The notes under the pieces: model-generated | The model's input: the letters and a program-made list of their open reading frames with translations, nothing else | Database searches by the model: none | What the model was told of the DNA's origin: nothing | Source: Candidatus Faecousia faecipullorum | GTDB taxonomy: Bacteria > Bacillota > Clostridia > Oscillospirales > Oscillospiraceae | Assembly: GCA_018710805.1 (NCBI GenBank) | Contig: DVJG01000199.1 | Span: 1 to 35,645, forward strand | Direction of reading: 5' to 3' | Length of the DNA stretch: 35,645 nucleotides | In this document: positions 18,009 to 28,033 of the stretch, piece after piece | Position numbering within the stretch: position 1 is the first letter of the stretch | How the letters are laid out: each line of letters opens with the position of its first letter | Made by a program: the position numbers and the translations under genes

Positions 18009-18013
18009 TTTCT

Positions 18014-19516
18014 TTAGTCAAGGGGCTTCATCGTCGGGAACAGGAGCACGTCCCGGATGCTGGCGGAGTCCGTCAGCAGCATCACCAGACGGTCCACGCC
18101 GAAGCCCAGACCGCCCGTGGGAGGCAGACCGTACTCCAGAGCCGTGATGTAGTCGTAGTCCACCTGCGCCCGGCAGCTGGGGTCCAGGCTCTTGCGGTCG
18201 GCAACCTGCTTCTCGAAGCGGCCCTTCTGGTCAATGGGGTCGTTGAGCTCGGAGAAGGCGTTGCCGAACTCCGTGGCGTTGATGAAATACTCAAACCGCT
18301 CGGTCATGCCGGGGTCCCCGGGCTTCCGCTTGGCAAGGGGGGATACCTCCACGGGGTAGTCGTAGATGAAGGTGGGCTGAATAAGGTTCTCTTCCACAAA
18401 GGCATCGAAGAACTCCGCCAGAATGGCGCCCTTGGTGGGGATTTCCGGCAGCTCCACGTTCTTTTCCTTGGCAATGGCAATGGCCTCTTCGTCGGAGGAA
18501 ATGGCGGCGAAGTCCACGCCGGAATACTTCTTCACGGCCTCCACCATGGTCATGCGCTCCCAGTGGCCGAGGTCAATGTCCTTGCCCTGGTAGGTGATCT
18601 GCAGGGTGCCGCAGACATTCATGGCCACGGTCTTCATCATCTCTTCCACCAGGTCCATCATGCCCCGGAAATCGGTGTAGGCCTGATAGAGCTCAATGGA
18701 GGTAAATTCCGGGTTGTGGGTCTGGTCCATGCCCTCGTTGCGGAAAATGCGGCCCACTTCATAGACCCGGTCCATGCCGCCGACGATGAGGCGCTTGAGA
18801 TAGAGCTCCGTTTCAATGCGAAGCACCATGTCCAGGTCCAGGGTGTTGTGGTGGGTGTAGAAGGGCCGGGCCGAGGCGCCGATTTCAAAGGGGGTCAGAA
18901 TGGGGGTGTCCACTTCCAGGAAGCCCTTGCCGTCCAGGAAGCGGCGCAGCTCCCGGAGAATCATGCTGCGCTTGACAAAGGTGTCCTTCACCTCGGGGTT
19001 CACAATGAGGTCAACATAACGCTGACGGTAGCGGATTTCGGTATCCGTCAGGCCGTGGAACTTTTCGGGCAGAGGCAGCAGAGCCTTGGCAAGAAGGGTC
19101 AGCTCGCTGACCCGCACGGACAGCTCGCCGGTCTTGGTCCGGAAAACTTCGCCTGCACAGCCCACCACGTCACCGATGTCCAGCTTCTTGAAGGCGGCGT
19201 AGGCGTCGTCGCCCAGCTCGTCCCGCTTGACGAAAATCTGAATGTCACCCTTGCCGTCCCGCAGATGGGCAAAGCTGGCCTTGCCCATAATGCGCTTGGA
19301 CATCATGCGGCCTGCCAGATGGACGGTGACGCCGGAATTTTCCTCGGCGGCAAGGTCTGCGAATTTCTCCTTCAGCTCCGTGGAGTAGATGTCCACGGGG
19401 TACTTGGTAATGGTAAAGGGGTCGTTTCCGGAGGAAACAAGGTCCGCCAGCTTCTCACGGCGGACCTTCAGCTGGTCGCCGAGAGGCATTTCGGCCTGGG
19501 GAGTGAATTTTGCCAT
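18014..19516 (-). CDS. lysS: Lysine--tRNA ligase (class II)
   Basis: RYRQRYVDL, GASARPFYTHHN, FRNEG, HNPEF, YGLPPTGGLGFGVDR, RDVLLFPTMK. Confidence 0.99.
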   Translation of the reverse strand: MAKFTPQAEMPLGDQLKVRREKLADLVSSGNDPFTITKYPVDIYSTELKEKFADLAAEENSGVTVHLAGRMMSKRIMGKASFAHLRDGKGDIQIFVKRDELGDDAYAAFKKLDIGDVVGCAGEVFRTKTGELSVRVSELTLLAKALLPLPEKFHGLTDTEIRYRQRYVDLIVNPEVKDTFVKRSMILRELRRFLDGKGFLEVDTPILTPFEIGASARPFYTHHNTLDLDMVLRIETELYLKRLIVGGMDRVYEVGRIFRNEGMDQTHNPEFTSIELYQAYTDFRGMMDLVEEMMKTVAMNVCGTLQITYQGKDIDLGHWERMTMVEAVKKYSGVDFAAISSDEEAIAIAKEKNVELPEIPTKGAILAEFFDAFVEENLIQPTFIYDYPVEVSPLAKRKPGDPGMTERFEYFINATEFGNAFSELNDPIDQKGRFEKQVADRKSLDPSCRAQVDYDYITALEYGLPPTGGLGFGVDRLVMLLTDSASIRDVLLFPTMKPLD

Positions 19517-19519
19517 AGC

Positions 19520-19996
19520 TTAGCCCTCACGAGAGACGGAGATGACCTTCATGGTGTAGGAGCCGTTGGGGGCGTTGACCGTAAAGATCTCGCCGGCGGC
19601 CTTGCCCACCACGCTCCGGCCGAAGGGGGAGTCGTCGGAGAGCTTGCCTTCCATGGGGTTGGCCTCCTGGGAGCCGGTGATGCGGTAATCGGTGCGGTTG
19701 CCCTTCTCGTCCTCCACGGTCACGGTGCAGCCCAGGCCCACACGGCCGGAGGCCTCGTTCTCGTCCTCGATGATGACGGCGTGGAAGAGGATGTCTTCAA
19801 TCTCGGCAATGCGGCCGTAGAGCTTGGCCTGCTCGTTTTTGGCGGCATCGTACTCGGAGTTTTCGGATAAGTCGCCGTAGGACCGGGCCTCGGCGATCAT
19901 GGCGGCAACCTCACGCTCCCGGGTGGTTTTCAGGTAGTTGAGTTCCTTTTCCAGGTCCGCCAGGCGGAGGCTTGTGATTTTATATTCCTTAGCCAT
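19520..19996 (-). CDS. greA: Transcription elongation factor GreA
   Basis: ARSYGDLSENSEYDAAK; usual greA-lysS synteny. Confidence 0.97.
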   Translation of the reverse strand: MAKEYKITSLRLADLEKELNYLKTTREREVAAMIAEARSYGDLSENSEYDAAKNEQAKLYGRIAEIEDILFHAVIIEDENEASGRVGLGCTVTVEDEKGNRTDYRITGSQEANPMEGKLSDDSPFGRSVVGKAAGEIFTVNAPNGSYTMKVISVSREG

Positions 19997-20040
19997 ATTC
20001 AAATATCCTTTCTAAGATAAAAATGTTCATAGCTTTTCAT

Positions 20041-20069
20041 ATTATAGTGGAATTATCCCCTATAGTCAA
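20041..20069 (-). promoter_or_regulatory. Sigma-A promoter of greA-lysS
   Basis: TTGACT-17bp-TATAAT. Confidence 0.75.
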
Positions 20070-20090
20070 GGATATTTTGCCAATTTTCAG

Positions 20091-20122
20091 AAAAAGAGCC
20101 CCGCCGAAAACGGCGGGGGCTC
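20091..20122 (-). terminator. Rho-independent terminator
   Basis: GAGCCCC..GCCG / CGGCGGGGGCTC stem followed by TTTTT on the minus strand. Confidence 0.8.
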
Positions 20123-20125
20123 CGG

Positions 20126-20593
20126 TCAGCGGATTTTCTTTCCGTTAAGAATGGCTTCTGTCAGGGTATCCCCCTGATAGCGGAGGGTCAGCAGGAAAAA
20201 GGGCGCGTCCTGCCACATAAGGTCCAGGAAAATCTCGTCCCCTTCCCACTTGGGAAGCTGGTTCAGAAACTCCCGGCTGACCCATTGCAGGTCCCCTTCG
20301 CTGCATTCCTTCAACGCACCTTCAAAGCCGTCGGCGGTGAAGAGATACATATATTCCCCTTCGTACTGGTCCGAGAGAAAGGTCACCACGCCGTGACAGC
20401 GCCAGGAGGTGAGGGTCAGCCCTGTCTCCTCCTTCGCTTCCCGCAGGAGACACTCATCGGGGCTTTCCTCGCCTTCAAACTTGCCGCCGATGCCAATCCA
20501 CTTGTCTTTGTTCAGGTCTTTCTTTTTCTTCACCCGGTGGAGCATCAGAACCTCATCGCCCCGGGTGACATAACATAGGGTTGTGTTAAGCAT
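20126..20593 (-). CDS. Nudix hydrolase (8-oxo-dGTP diphosphatase, MutX-like)
   Basis: Nudix box GGKFEGEESPDECLLREAKEETGL; TTLCY, WEGD. Confidence 0.9.
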   Translation of the reverse strand: MLNTTLCYVTRGDEVLMLHRVKKKKDLNKDKWIGIGGKFEGEESPDECLLREAKEETGLTLTSWRCHGVVTFLSDQYEGEYMYLFTADGFEGALKECSEGDLQWVSREFLNQLPKWEGDEIFLDLMWQDAPFFLLTLRYQGDTLTEAILNGKKIR

Positions 20594-21482
20594 TGGCTTT
20601 CCTCCGTATCAGGGAGATGGCAAGGTGCAGGTTTTCCACCTCCACCTCGGCGTGGCCGTCCTCCCGCTCGCCGTCCAGGGTCCAGGGCATTTCCGGATTT
20701 GCAAAGATTTTCACATGGCGGGCACTGCGGAAGGTAATCATTTCGCAGTTGTACTCCTGGCTCTGGACCGCCTGAATGCACTCGGTGATCTCCCCCAGGT
20801 TCTGAGGGCCCCGGACCAGAATCACTTCAAAAAGGCCGTCGCCCAGGTCCACCTGCCTGGGGTCCAGGCTTACGATGCCGCCAATGGAGGTGGAGTTGCA
20901 GATGGCGCCGAAGAGGAAGTCGTCCTCCACCACCTGGCCGTCGATCTCCATGCGGATATGCTCTTTTCGGATCTGGGACAGCTCCGAAATGCCTCCCAGG
21001 ACGTAAGCCGTGTGGCCCAGAGCGTTTTTGACATTCTGGGGCACCACATAGCTGGACCGGGTAAAGGCCCCGAAGGAGGCCACATAGGAAAAGTAGCGGT
21101 CCCCGAATTTTCCCACGTCCAGCTCCTCGGGCTCTCCCTGGATGATGTCCATGGCGGCCTGCATGATATTGGTGGAAAGCCCCAGGCTGGATGCAAAATC
21201 GTTGGTGGTTCCGGCGGGGATATAGCCGATGGGGGTTTTGACCCCGGAGCGGAGAATGCCTGTAATGGTCTCGTTGAGGGTGCCGTCGCCGCCTGCACAG
21301 ACCACCAGGTCCACATCCTTGGAAAGACGTTCAGCGGCGGAGGCGGCATCTCCCGAAGCCGTGGTCATATGGGTGATGATCTCATAGCCTGCCTTGGAAA
21401 ATTCCAGCAGAATGTCCGCCAGATGGCGGTTGACTTTCTTCTGGCCCGCGAAAGGATTCATGATAAAAAGCATTTTTTTCAT
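20586..21482 (-). CDS. Diacylglycerol/lipid kinase (YegS/DagK family)
   Basis: NPFAG, GGDGTLNE, PAGTTNDFA, LDGE. Confidence 0.92.
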   Translation of the reverse strand: MKKMLFIMNPFAGQKKVNRHLADILLEFSKAGYEIITHMTTASGDAASAAERLSKDVDLVVCAGGDGTLNETITGILRSGVKTPIGYIPAGTTNDFASSLGLSTNIMQAAMDIIQGEPEELDVGKFGDRYFSYVASFGAFTRSSYVVPQNVKNALGHTAYVLGGISELSQIRKEHIRMEIDGQVVEDDFLFGAICNSTSIGGIVSLDPRQVDLGDGLFEVILVRGPQNLGEITECIQAVQSQEYNCEMITFRSARHVKIFANPEMPWTLDGEREDGHAEVEVENLHLAISLIRRKANA

Positions 21483-21610
21483 AGCTGCCGCCTCCCGGCC
21501 AAGTTTCCATAATTGCGTTAACCTAATTTCATTATAACATCCCCCGGGGAATCCGCAAGGGAAATCCCCGGAGGGCCTTCAAAAGTTTACCGAATTTTTA
21601 CAATTGGGGT

Positions 21611-21895
21611 TCACCGGAATCCATAACCGGCCTCCAGAAGCCGGGTAAGAGCCTCGTCGGCCTCTTCATCGGAAAAAAGGGCGGTGAAGCGCTTGTCCAC
21701 GGCCAGGGCTTCCAGGCTCAGGTCCAGCCGGCCCATTCCCAGCAGCGCCGTGAAGCCGTCGCTGAGGCGGTGGCCTGTGAGGCAGCGGTGGGCGGCCTTC
21801 ATGGCCTCCGCCGCCGATACGGGCCGCTGACGGACCCCCAATTTTTCCGCCTCAGCCCGGGCCTTTTCCCAGGCGGCAATGAATTTTTCTTCCAT
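21611..21895 (-). CDS. Hypothetical protein
   Basis: AAGGA RBS, host-like codon usage, follows the transglutaminase gene. Confidence 0.65.
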   Translation of the reverse strand: MEEKFIAAWEKARAEAEKLGVRQRPVSAAEAMKAAHRCLTGHRLSDGFTALLGMGRLDLSLEALAVDKRFTALFSDEEADEALTRLLEAGYGFR

Positions 21896-21911
21896 AGTAT
21901 TCCTTTCTCCC

Positions 21912-23972
21912 CTAGGGGACGGCGAAAACGTATCGATAGATCAGCCGCAGGTACCAGGGCTTTTCTTCCAGGGCCTGCTTTTCCTCCCGGAGAAAACGGA
22001 AGAACGCTTCCAGTTCTTCCGGGGTCAGGGTGTGCTGGCTGAATTTTGCCTTGTTTGCCAGCGCTTCCAGGTCTTTCGGCGGCCGCTTTCTCTGGATTTT
22101 GCAGAGAAGTTCCGTTTCCCGCCAGCAGGCCAGAGCCTGGGCGTTGTTTCCGCCCCGGGGACCCCGGCCCAGGAAAATCCGAAGCCGCCGCTGGCCTTCC
22201 AGGGCTCCCAGAGCCAGGGCCAGGAGCAGAATCCCTTTCAGCGCCGAAAGAAGCCCGGTTTTGGGGGCGGCGTCCTCCGGAGGCGGCGCGGTGCCGGGGA
22301 CGGTGGTTTCCATGGTGGTGGCTTCCGGCCCGGTTGTGGCAGCGGCAGAGGGCTCCGTTACCGCTTCCGTGTCGCTGGGAGCGGTTTCGGGCTGGAGTTC
22401 CGGTTCTTGAATCGGGTCCGGCAGGCCGCTGGCGGGGGTGGCCTCCAAAATCAGCCAGGCATCCAGGCCGGGGTCATAGTATTCTGCCCATGCGTGGGCG
22501 TTCTCCCCGGTGACGGTGACCTGCTCCTGGGCGGGAGCCGTGACCATGTAGCCCGTGACGTACCGGGCTGGGACCCCGGCGGCCCGCAGGAGCACCACCG
22601 CCGCCGTGGCAAAGTGGACGCAGTAGCCCCGGTCGGATTCCCGGAGAAACCACAGGGCAAAATCCGTTTCTTCCCGGGGCATGGGCCCTGTATCCCGGTC
22701 GTAAACCGCGCTTTCCCGGACAAAGTCGCCTACAGTCCGGGCAATTTCCCCGGTGGTGCCCTGCAAATTCCGGTTTTTCAGCAGTTCCAGGCACTGCTGC
22801 CTGGTCTCCGGAGGCAGGGAAAGATAAGCCTCCTGCCCGCTTGCCGGCGGTGCGGAACGGGCCTGCCAATCCCCCGGAAGACCCATCCGGGGATAGGTGC
22901 AGACCTTTGCCAGACGGCTGTTGTCGATTTTTCCGCCGATCAGGCTCAGACCGCCCTGGGGGTAGTAGGGAAGATAGAGGATTTCACAGGTTTCTCTGGT
23001 TTTCAGGGTGACCTTTCCCAAATCCACCCCGTCAAAGCGGAAGGTCTCCACCCGCTTCGGGGAGGCGGTCCAGCCCAGGCCGTCGTAAATGTCGTAGTCC
23101 TGGCCCCGGAGATAGAGGGTGCCCCCCAGGTCGGCGAAGACGTCCATTTTTGGGGCTGTGGAGGGGTGCCAGCCCTTCAGGGCCGTCAGGTCTACGGACT
23201 CCTTTTTTCCGGCGGAGTCCATGAGCTGGGAAAAATCCATCTGGGGCGTATCCCGGGGCACGGACTGAAACCAGCTGAGAATGTGCTGACGCAGAGGCTC
23301 CGCTTGGTTTACATAAGTACTCTCCGGCATGGCGAGAAACAGCCCGCCCAGGGCCAAGGCCACGGGAAGCGCCGCCAGGGCCGTGAGAAGGTTTCCCTGG
23401 CGCACATTTTCACGGCGGACCCGGCCTGTGAGAAGAAAGAGAATGTCCGCCAGGAACAGGGTGTACAGGCTCTGCCAGGCGGGCACCGTGTCCGTAATCA
23501 CAAAGCAGGGCAGCAGCGGCATCAGGGAATATCCCAGGATAAAGGCCGAGGTCTCTCCCCGGCACACGGTCCAGGTCCCTGCCAGCACCAGCAGCGCTCC
23601 CGTGACCATGACAGGCAAATCCACGCTCCCCGTCTGGGGCACGCCGAAATCCAGGAAGCCCCAGTGGTAAACGTTGTCATAGACCCGGCTCACAATCTCC
23701 AGGAGACGAAGAAGCTGTTCCTGGAGCTGGCCTTGCCGCCAGAGGTACCCGGCCCCCAGGGCCAGGGCCCCGGACACCAGCCACCCGCCGCCGGAAAAGG
23801 AGAAGGCGGCGGCGGAGCAAAGGGCAATCAGCGCCCAAATGGCGGCCATTCTGGGAAAGCCGTCCAGAGGAAGGTCAAACCCCGTGAGGAAAGCTCCCAG
23901 GCTTCCTGCGGCTGCAAGACAGGCAAGCGCTGCCCCTGCCGCCGCCGAAACAAGTTTTTCGCTAGCTTTCAT
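21912..23972 (-). CDS. Membrane transglutaminase-like domain protein (TgpA-like)
   Basis: N-terminal TMs; GYCVHFA (Cys), ARYVTGY, AHAWAEYY (His), EATP; Pro/Thr linker and C-terminal TM. Confidence 0.88.
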   Translation of the reverse strand: MKASEKLVSAAAGAALACLAAAGSLGAFLTGFDLPLDGFPRMAAIWALIALCSAAAFSFSGGGWLVSGALALGAGYLWRQGQLQEQLLRLLEIVSRVYDNVYHWGFLDFGVPQTGSVDLPVMVTGALLVLAGTWTVCRGETSAFILGYSLMPLLPCFVITDTVPAWQSLYTLFLADILFLLTGRVRRENVRQGNLLTALAALPVALALGGLFLAMPESTYVNQAEPLRQHILSWFQSVPRDTPQMDFSQLMDSAGKKESVDLTALKGWHPSTAPKMDVFADLGGTLYLRGQDYDIYDGLGWTASPKRVETFRFDGVDLGKVTLKTRETCEILYLPYYPQGGLSLIGGKIDNSRLAKVCTYPRMGLPGDWQARSAPPASGQEAYLSLPPETRQQCLELLKNRNLQGTTGEIARTVGDFVRESAVYDRDTGPMPREETDFALWFLRESDRGYCVHFATAAVVLLRAAGVPARYVTGYMVTAPAQEQVTVTGENAHAWAEYYDPGLDAWLILEATPASGLPDPIQEPELQPETAPSDTEAVTEPSAAATTGPEATTMETTVPGTAPPPEDAAPKTGLLSALKGILLLALALGALEGQRRLRIFLGRGPRGGNNAQALACWRETELLCKIQRKRPPKDLEALANKAKFSQHTLTPEELEAFFRFLREEKQALEEKPWYLRLIYRYVFAVP

Positions 23973-24888
23973 GGAGGGCACCTCCGATGTGGCGCTGCCA
24001 GGCCGCGGCGTAGGCCTGGTCCTTTATGGAGCCGGAAAGGGCCGGGGCCTCGCAGAGAAGGGAATCCATGGCGGCCTGGAACTGGGTGTGGTTTTCCACC
24101 GGGAAGGACCGGACCCCGTTTCCCGTCAGGACCCGAAGCTCATAGCTCACTTCCTGGTCTGTCAGGAAGGTTCCCAGCCAGCGAAGACGGCCGAATTTCC
24201 GGTCCAGCTCTTCCTCGGTGCCCCGAAGGGTCATGGTGAGAAGCACCAGGCCCCGCCGGGGCTCCATGGCCTCCCGGATGGTGAGCTTGCCGGTTTTCGC
24301 CGTAAGCTTCCAGTGGACCTGGTTCAGACTGTCCCCGGGGCGGTAGAGCCGCAGCTCGTGATTTTCCGCATAGCCTCCGCCGGGCTTCGGCTGCCAGACG
24401 TTGGCCTGGAATTTCTGCAGGTCCGGCACCTGGTCCGGGGGCAGGGGCCTGGGTTCAATGCGGAGGGTTTTCTGGGCCGCCTTCCGGACCGGGAAGGAAA
24501 AAATGCCCAGATAGTCGCAGACCCGGGCCTTTTCCACGGACAGGTGCAGGCCTCCGCAGTGACCTGTGGGCAGGCGGTCCCCATCCCACAGGCGAAAGCG
24601 CTCTCCGGTGACGGGCTTTTCCGCCCGGACCCTTCCCCGGTAGGGCGGTATGGGCCAGGGGGTAATGCCCCGAAGAAAGACTTCCCCCGGCTCGCCCATG
24701 TCCGCCCGCTCCGGCGCGGCGATTTCCAGGCGGAAGGTGAAAATGGCGGGAAGGGACAACAATAAACTCAGCCAGGGCAGGCCCAGAATCACTGCAAGCA
24801 GGAGAGCCGACAGCCACTGCCCATAGGCGATATAAAATCCGAACCCTGTCAGCAGGGTCAGGAAGTAACAAATCCGACGCCCTGGCAT
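23962..24888 (-). CDS. DUF58 domain protein
   Basis: ELRLYRPGDSLNQVHWKLTAKTGKL; lies between MoxR and the transglutaminase. Confidence 0.88.
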   Translation of the reverse strand: MPGRRICYFLTLLTGFGFYIAYGQWLSALLLAVILGLPWLSLLLSLPAIFTFRLEIAAPERADMGEPGEVFLRGITPWPIPPYRGRVRAEKPVTGERFRLWDGDRLPTGHCGGLHLSVEKARVCDYLGIFSFPVRKAAQKTLRIEPRPLPPDQVPDLQKFQANVWQPKPGGGYAENHELRLYRPGDSLNQVHWKLTAKTGKLTIREAMEPRRGLVLLTMTLRGTEEELDRKFGRLRWLGTFLTDQEVSYELRVLTGNGVRSFPVENHTQFQAAMDSLLCEAPALSGSIKDQAYAAAWQRHIGGALHES

Positions 24889-24889
24889 A

Positions 24890-25849
24890 TCAGCGCAGTT
24901 TGGGGGCGTTCACCAGAGCCAGAAGGGACTGGATCACTTGCTGAGCGGTCTTTCCCTGGGCCTCGGCCTTGGGAGAGAGCAGAAGCCGATGGGCCACGGT
25001 GGCGGAGAAGACCTCTTTTACATCTGCCGGGGTCACAAAGTCCCGGCCCCGGAGCCGGGCCACGGCTTTCGCCATAGCCGTGACGGCCAGGGTGGCCCGG
25101 GGACTGGCGCCCCGGAGGATGTCCTCATGGTGGCGGGTGGCGCTGACCAGGGAGACGATGTAGGAGACCACTTCGTCGCTGAGGAAGGTGTCCTCCACGG
25201 CGTCCTGGAGGGCGGAAAGCTCCTCCCGGGTCATAAGGGGCATGAGACCGTCCAGGGGATTGCCGCCCTGGCGGTTTTTCACCATGGCGGCCTCGTCCTT
25301 GGGGCTGGGATAGCCCAGGGAGAGCTTCACCATGAAGCGGTCCATCTGGCTGTCGGGAAGCAGGGAGGTTCCCGCGGCCCCCGTGGGATTCTGGGTGGCG
25401 ATCACCACAAAGGGCTTCGGCAGGGGATGGCTTACGCCGTCCACCGTGACCTGGCCCTCTTCCATGGCTTCCAGCAGGGCCGACTGGGTCCGGGAGGTGG
25501 CCCGGTTCAGCTCGTCCGCCAGGAAGAGATTGCAGATGGCGGCGCCGGGCTGATATCTGAGCTCCCCGGTGCCCGGGTCCGGCACGGAATAGCCCGTCAC
25601 ATCCGAGGGCAGCACGTCGGGGGTGAATTGGACACGGCTGTATTTGAGGTCCAGGACCTTGGAGAAGGCCAGGGCCATGGTGGTCTTGCCCACTCCGGGA
25701 ATGTCTTCCAGAAGGATGTGGCCCCTTGCCAGCAGGGCCGCCAGGACCCAAAGAAGCACTGCGTCCTTTCCCACCACAGCCCGCCGGACCTGGGTGAGGA
25801 TATCCCTGGCCCGCTGGGATACATAATCGTCGTTTGTCTGCACGTTCAT
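24890..25849 (-). CDS. MoxR-family AAA+ ATPase
   Basis: EDIPGVGKTT, RVQFTPDVLPSD, LADELNRA, ATQNP, GASPRA. Confidence 0.95.
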   Translation of the reverse strand: MNVQTNDDYVSQRARDILTQVRRAVVGKDAVLLWVLAALLARGHILLEDIPGVGKTTMALAFSKVLDLKYSRVQFTPDVLPSDVTGYSVPDPGTGELRYQPGAAICNLFLADELNRATSRTQSALLEAMEEGQVTVDGVSHPLPKPFVVIATQNPTGAAGTSLLPDSQMDRFMVKLSLGYPSPKDEAAMVKNRQGGNPLDGLMPLMTREELSALQDAVEDTFLSDEVVSYIVSLVSATRHHEDILRGASPRATLAVTAMAKAVARLRGRDFVTPADVKEVFSATVAHRLLLSPKAEAQGKTAQQVIQSLLALVNAPKLR

Positions 25850-25986
25850 CGCCTCTTTCGCGGGAGTTTTTCACCATTGTACCGCTTTCCGGCGGGAAAC
25901 ACAAGAAAAAAGCGGCAGCTTGCTTCTTAAGAATTTCTTATCCTGATTTTAGAGGAAAAATTTCTTTGGGGCTTTGCATTTATTTG

Positions 25987-26014
25987 TTGCAAACTTACAA
26001 AAATATGCTATGAT
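25987..26014 (+). promoter_or_regulatory. Sigma-A promoter
   Basis: TTGCAA-16bp-TATGAT with TG extension. Confidence 0.6.
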
Positions 26015-26059
26015 AAATGTAAGAAATCACATCTGTTCCTGCAAGAAGGAGGGGTTACA

Positions 26060-28033
26060 ATGCTCAATGACGCCGTTGAAGAATACGCCCTGGCCCTGCG
26101 CCAAGGCCAGAAGGAATACCGGGAATTGCTTATGGCCGGAAAAGACCCCTATCCGGCTGTTCTGGATGAAATCCTGCCCGAAGGGGGCACGGAAAGCGCC
26201 GTGGATGTGGGTCTGGTGGAAATTCCGGCGGAACGCATTGTGGGCGTGAAATCCGCCGGGCGCATTACCGCCTTTACGGCGAATTTCCAGCCTCTTTTGG
26301 AGGTAAAATCCGAGTTTGCGGCAAAATGGGTGGCCCTGTGTGCCGCCCACCTGGGGGACACGGGCATTACGGACCCCATTGTCTGCTTTGAATACCTGGG
26401 CAATTTCTACGTCCAGGAGGGTAATAAGCGGGTCAGTGTTCTGCGGCATTTCGGCGCGGCCCGGATTCCCGGCAACGTCACCCGGATTCTGCCGCCCATG
26501 TCCGATGACCCGCGGGTCAAAGCCTACTACGAATTTATCGAGTTTTACAAGGTCTCCCGCCTTTACGAGGTCCAGTTCCGCCGGCCGGGGGACTACGCAA
26601 AGCTTCTCAATAAAATCGGCAAAAAAAGCGGCGAGCTCTGGTCTGAGGATGAGCGCCGGACCTTCAACGCCTATTTCCACTATTTCCGGGACGCCTTCTG
26701 CGCCGTGAAGACCCCGGAAGCCGACGTGCTTCCCGAGGAAGCCCTGCTGTTGTGGCTGGAACTGTATCCTTTCCAGGACCTTGGAACACTGACGGGCGTG
26801 GGCCTGCGGAAAAGCGTCACCGCCCTTTGGCCGGACATTGTGGCCACGGTGAAGAAGGACGCCGCCGTGAAGGTGGAGACCAAGACCTCCGCCCAGGGGC
26901 GGGGCGGCATTATTAACCGCATCCTCACTGGCCTGGACCAGCTCCACGTGGCCTTTGTCCACCAGATGGACCCCTCCACCAGCGCCTGGGTCCTGGGCCA
27001 TGACAACGGCCGGGAGCATCTGGAAAACGTCTTCGGCGACCAGATTTCGGTGAAGAGCTACTTTGGGGCCTCCAATACCCAGAAGGCCGAGGAGCGCATC
27101 GAGCAGGCCGTGGCGGATGGAGCCCAGGTGGTATTCACCACGGCGCCCACTCTGAGCCGGGCCACCCTGAAAGCCGCCGTGAAATACCCCAAGGTCCGGT
27201 TCCTCAACTGCTCCGTGGACCAGCCCTATTCCTCCATCCGCACCTACTACGGCCGCATCTATGAGGCCAAGTTCATCGCCGGAGCCATTGCCGGCGCCAT
27301 TACCGGAGAGGACCGCATCGGCTATATCGCCTCCTACCCCATTTTCGGCGAACCTGCCTCCATCAATGCCTTCGCATTGGGAGCCCTGCTTACAAACCCC
27401 AGAGCCCAGGTGGAGCTCCGGTGGTCCTGCCTGCCGGGAACGCCCCAGGCGGATTTCTTCGCCGACGGCATCCGGGTCATTTCCAACCGGGACGCCCCCA
27501 CGGGTTCCAAAATGTATCTGGACTTTTGCAGCTACGGCACCTACCTCATGAACGACCGGGGAGAGATGGTGAGCCTGGGCTCGCCCATCTGGTCCTGGGG
27601 CTACTTCTATGAGTACGCCATCCGGAGCATCCTGGCCGGAAGCTGGAAGAAGGAAAAGGACGGCCTGGCTCTGAACTACTGGCTGGGCATGGACAGCGGC
27701 GTCATTGACATCTCCCTGTCCGACAAGCTCCCCGAAGGCGTGCGGCAGCTGGCGAAGATATTGCACCGGGGCCTGTGTGACGGCAGCATCAACCCCTTCT
27801 TCCGGAAAATCCGCGCCCAGGACGGTTCCGTCAAAAGCGACGGCTCCCGGCCTCTGACCCCGGAGGAGATTCTCCATATGGATTGGCTGTGCTCCAATGT
27901 AGTGGGCGATATCCCTGCCTACGAGGATATTCTGCCCATTTCCCAAAAAATGGTGCGGGAACTCGGCATCTACCGGGATAAGATCCCGCTGGAACAGGAG
28001 GGCAAACGTGAAGATCTTGACCGTATCCGATGA
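26060..28033 (+). CDS. ParB/Srx-like N-terminal domain fused to a BMP (PnrA-like) ligand-binding domain; no signal peptide
   Basis: DPIVCFEYLGNFYVQEGNKRVSV (ParB/Srx-like GxxR motif); C-terminal half has W..GHDNG, VVFTT, YPKVRF, RIYEAKFIAGAIAG, IGYIA, INAFALGA (BMP). Confidence 0.75.
   Translation: MLNDAVEEYALALRQGQKEYRELLMAGKDPYPAVLDEILPEGGTESAVDVGLVEIPAERIVGVKSAGRITAFTANFQPLLEVKSEFAAKWVALCAAHLGDTGITDPIVCFEYLGNFYVQEGNKRVSVLRHFGAARIPGNVTRILPPMSDDPRVKAYYEFIEFYKVSRLYEVQFRRPGDYAKLLNKIGKKSGELWSEDERRTFNAYFHYFRDAFCAVKTPEADVLPEEALLLWLELYPFQDLGTLTGVGLRKSVTALWPDIVATVKKDAAVKVETKTSAQGRGGIINRILTGLDQLHVAFVHQMDPSTSAWVLGHDNGREHLENVFGDQISVKSYFGASNTQKAEERIEQAVADGAQVVFTTAPTLSRATLKAAVKYPKVRFLNCSVDQPYSSIRTYYGRIYEAKFIAGAIAGAITGEDRIGYIASYPIFGEPASINAFALGALLTNPRAQVELRWSCLPGTPQADFFADGIRVISNRDAPTGSKMYLDFCSYGTYLMNDRGEMVSLGSPIWSWGYFYEYAIRSILAGSWKKEKDGLALNYWLGMDSGVIDISLSDKLPEGVRQLAKILHRGLCDGSINPFFRKIRAQDGSVKSDGSRPLTPEEILHMDWLCSNVVGDIPAYEDILPISQKMVRELGIYRDKIPLEQEGKREDLDRIR

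Larger units (their letters stand above)
1..18013. mobile_element. Integrative mobilizable element (right part), integrated at the 3' end of lysS; left end outside window
   Basis: Primase/CHC2 replication genes, MOBV-type oriT, TnpV, DUF6462 pair and tandem arm-type repeats next to the lysS stop. Codon usage is visibly less GC-skewed than right of 18014. Integrase and relaxase are not in the window. Confidence 0.8.

Noticed and set aside
17891-19870. 659-aa plus-strand ORF, and similar long ORFs at 3530-5137, 4695-6359, 6936-8489, 21879-24239 and 26027-27946
   Set aside because: Antisense shadows of well-supported genes in GC-rich DNA; no motifs or RBS.
21912-25849. MoxR-DUF58-transglutaminase operon as a novel system
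   Set aside because: A widespread, already described gene triad; nothing unusual beyond Glu at the usual Asp position.
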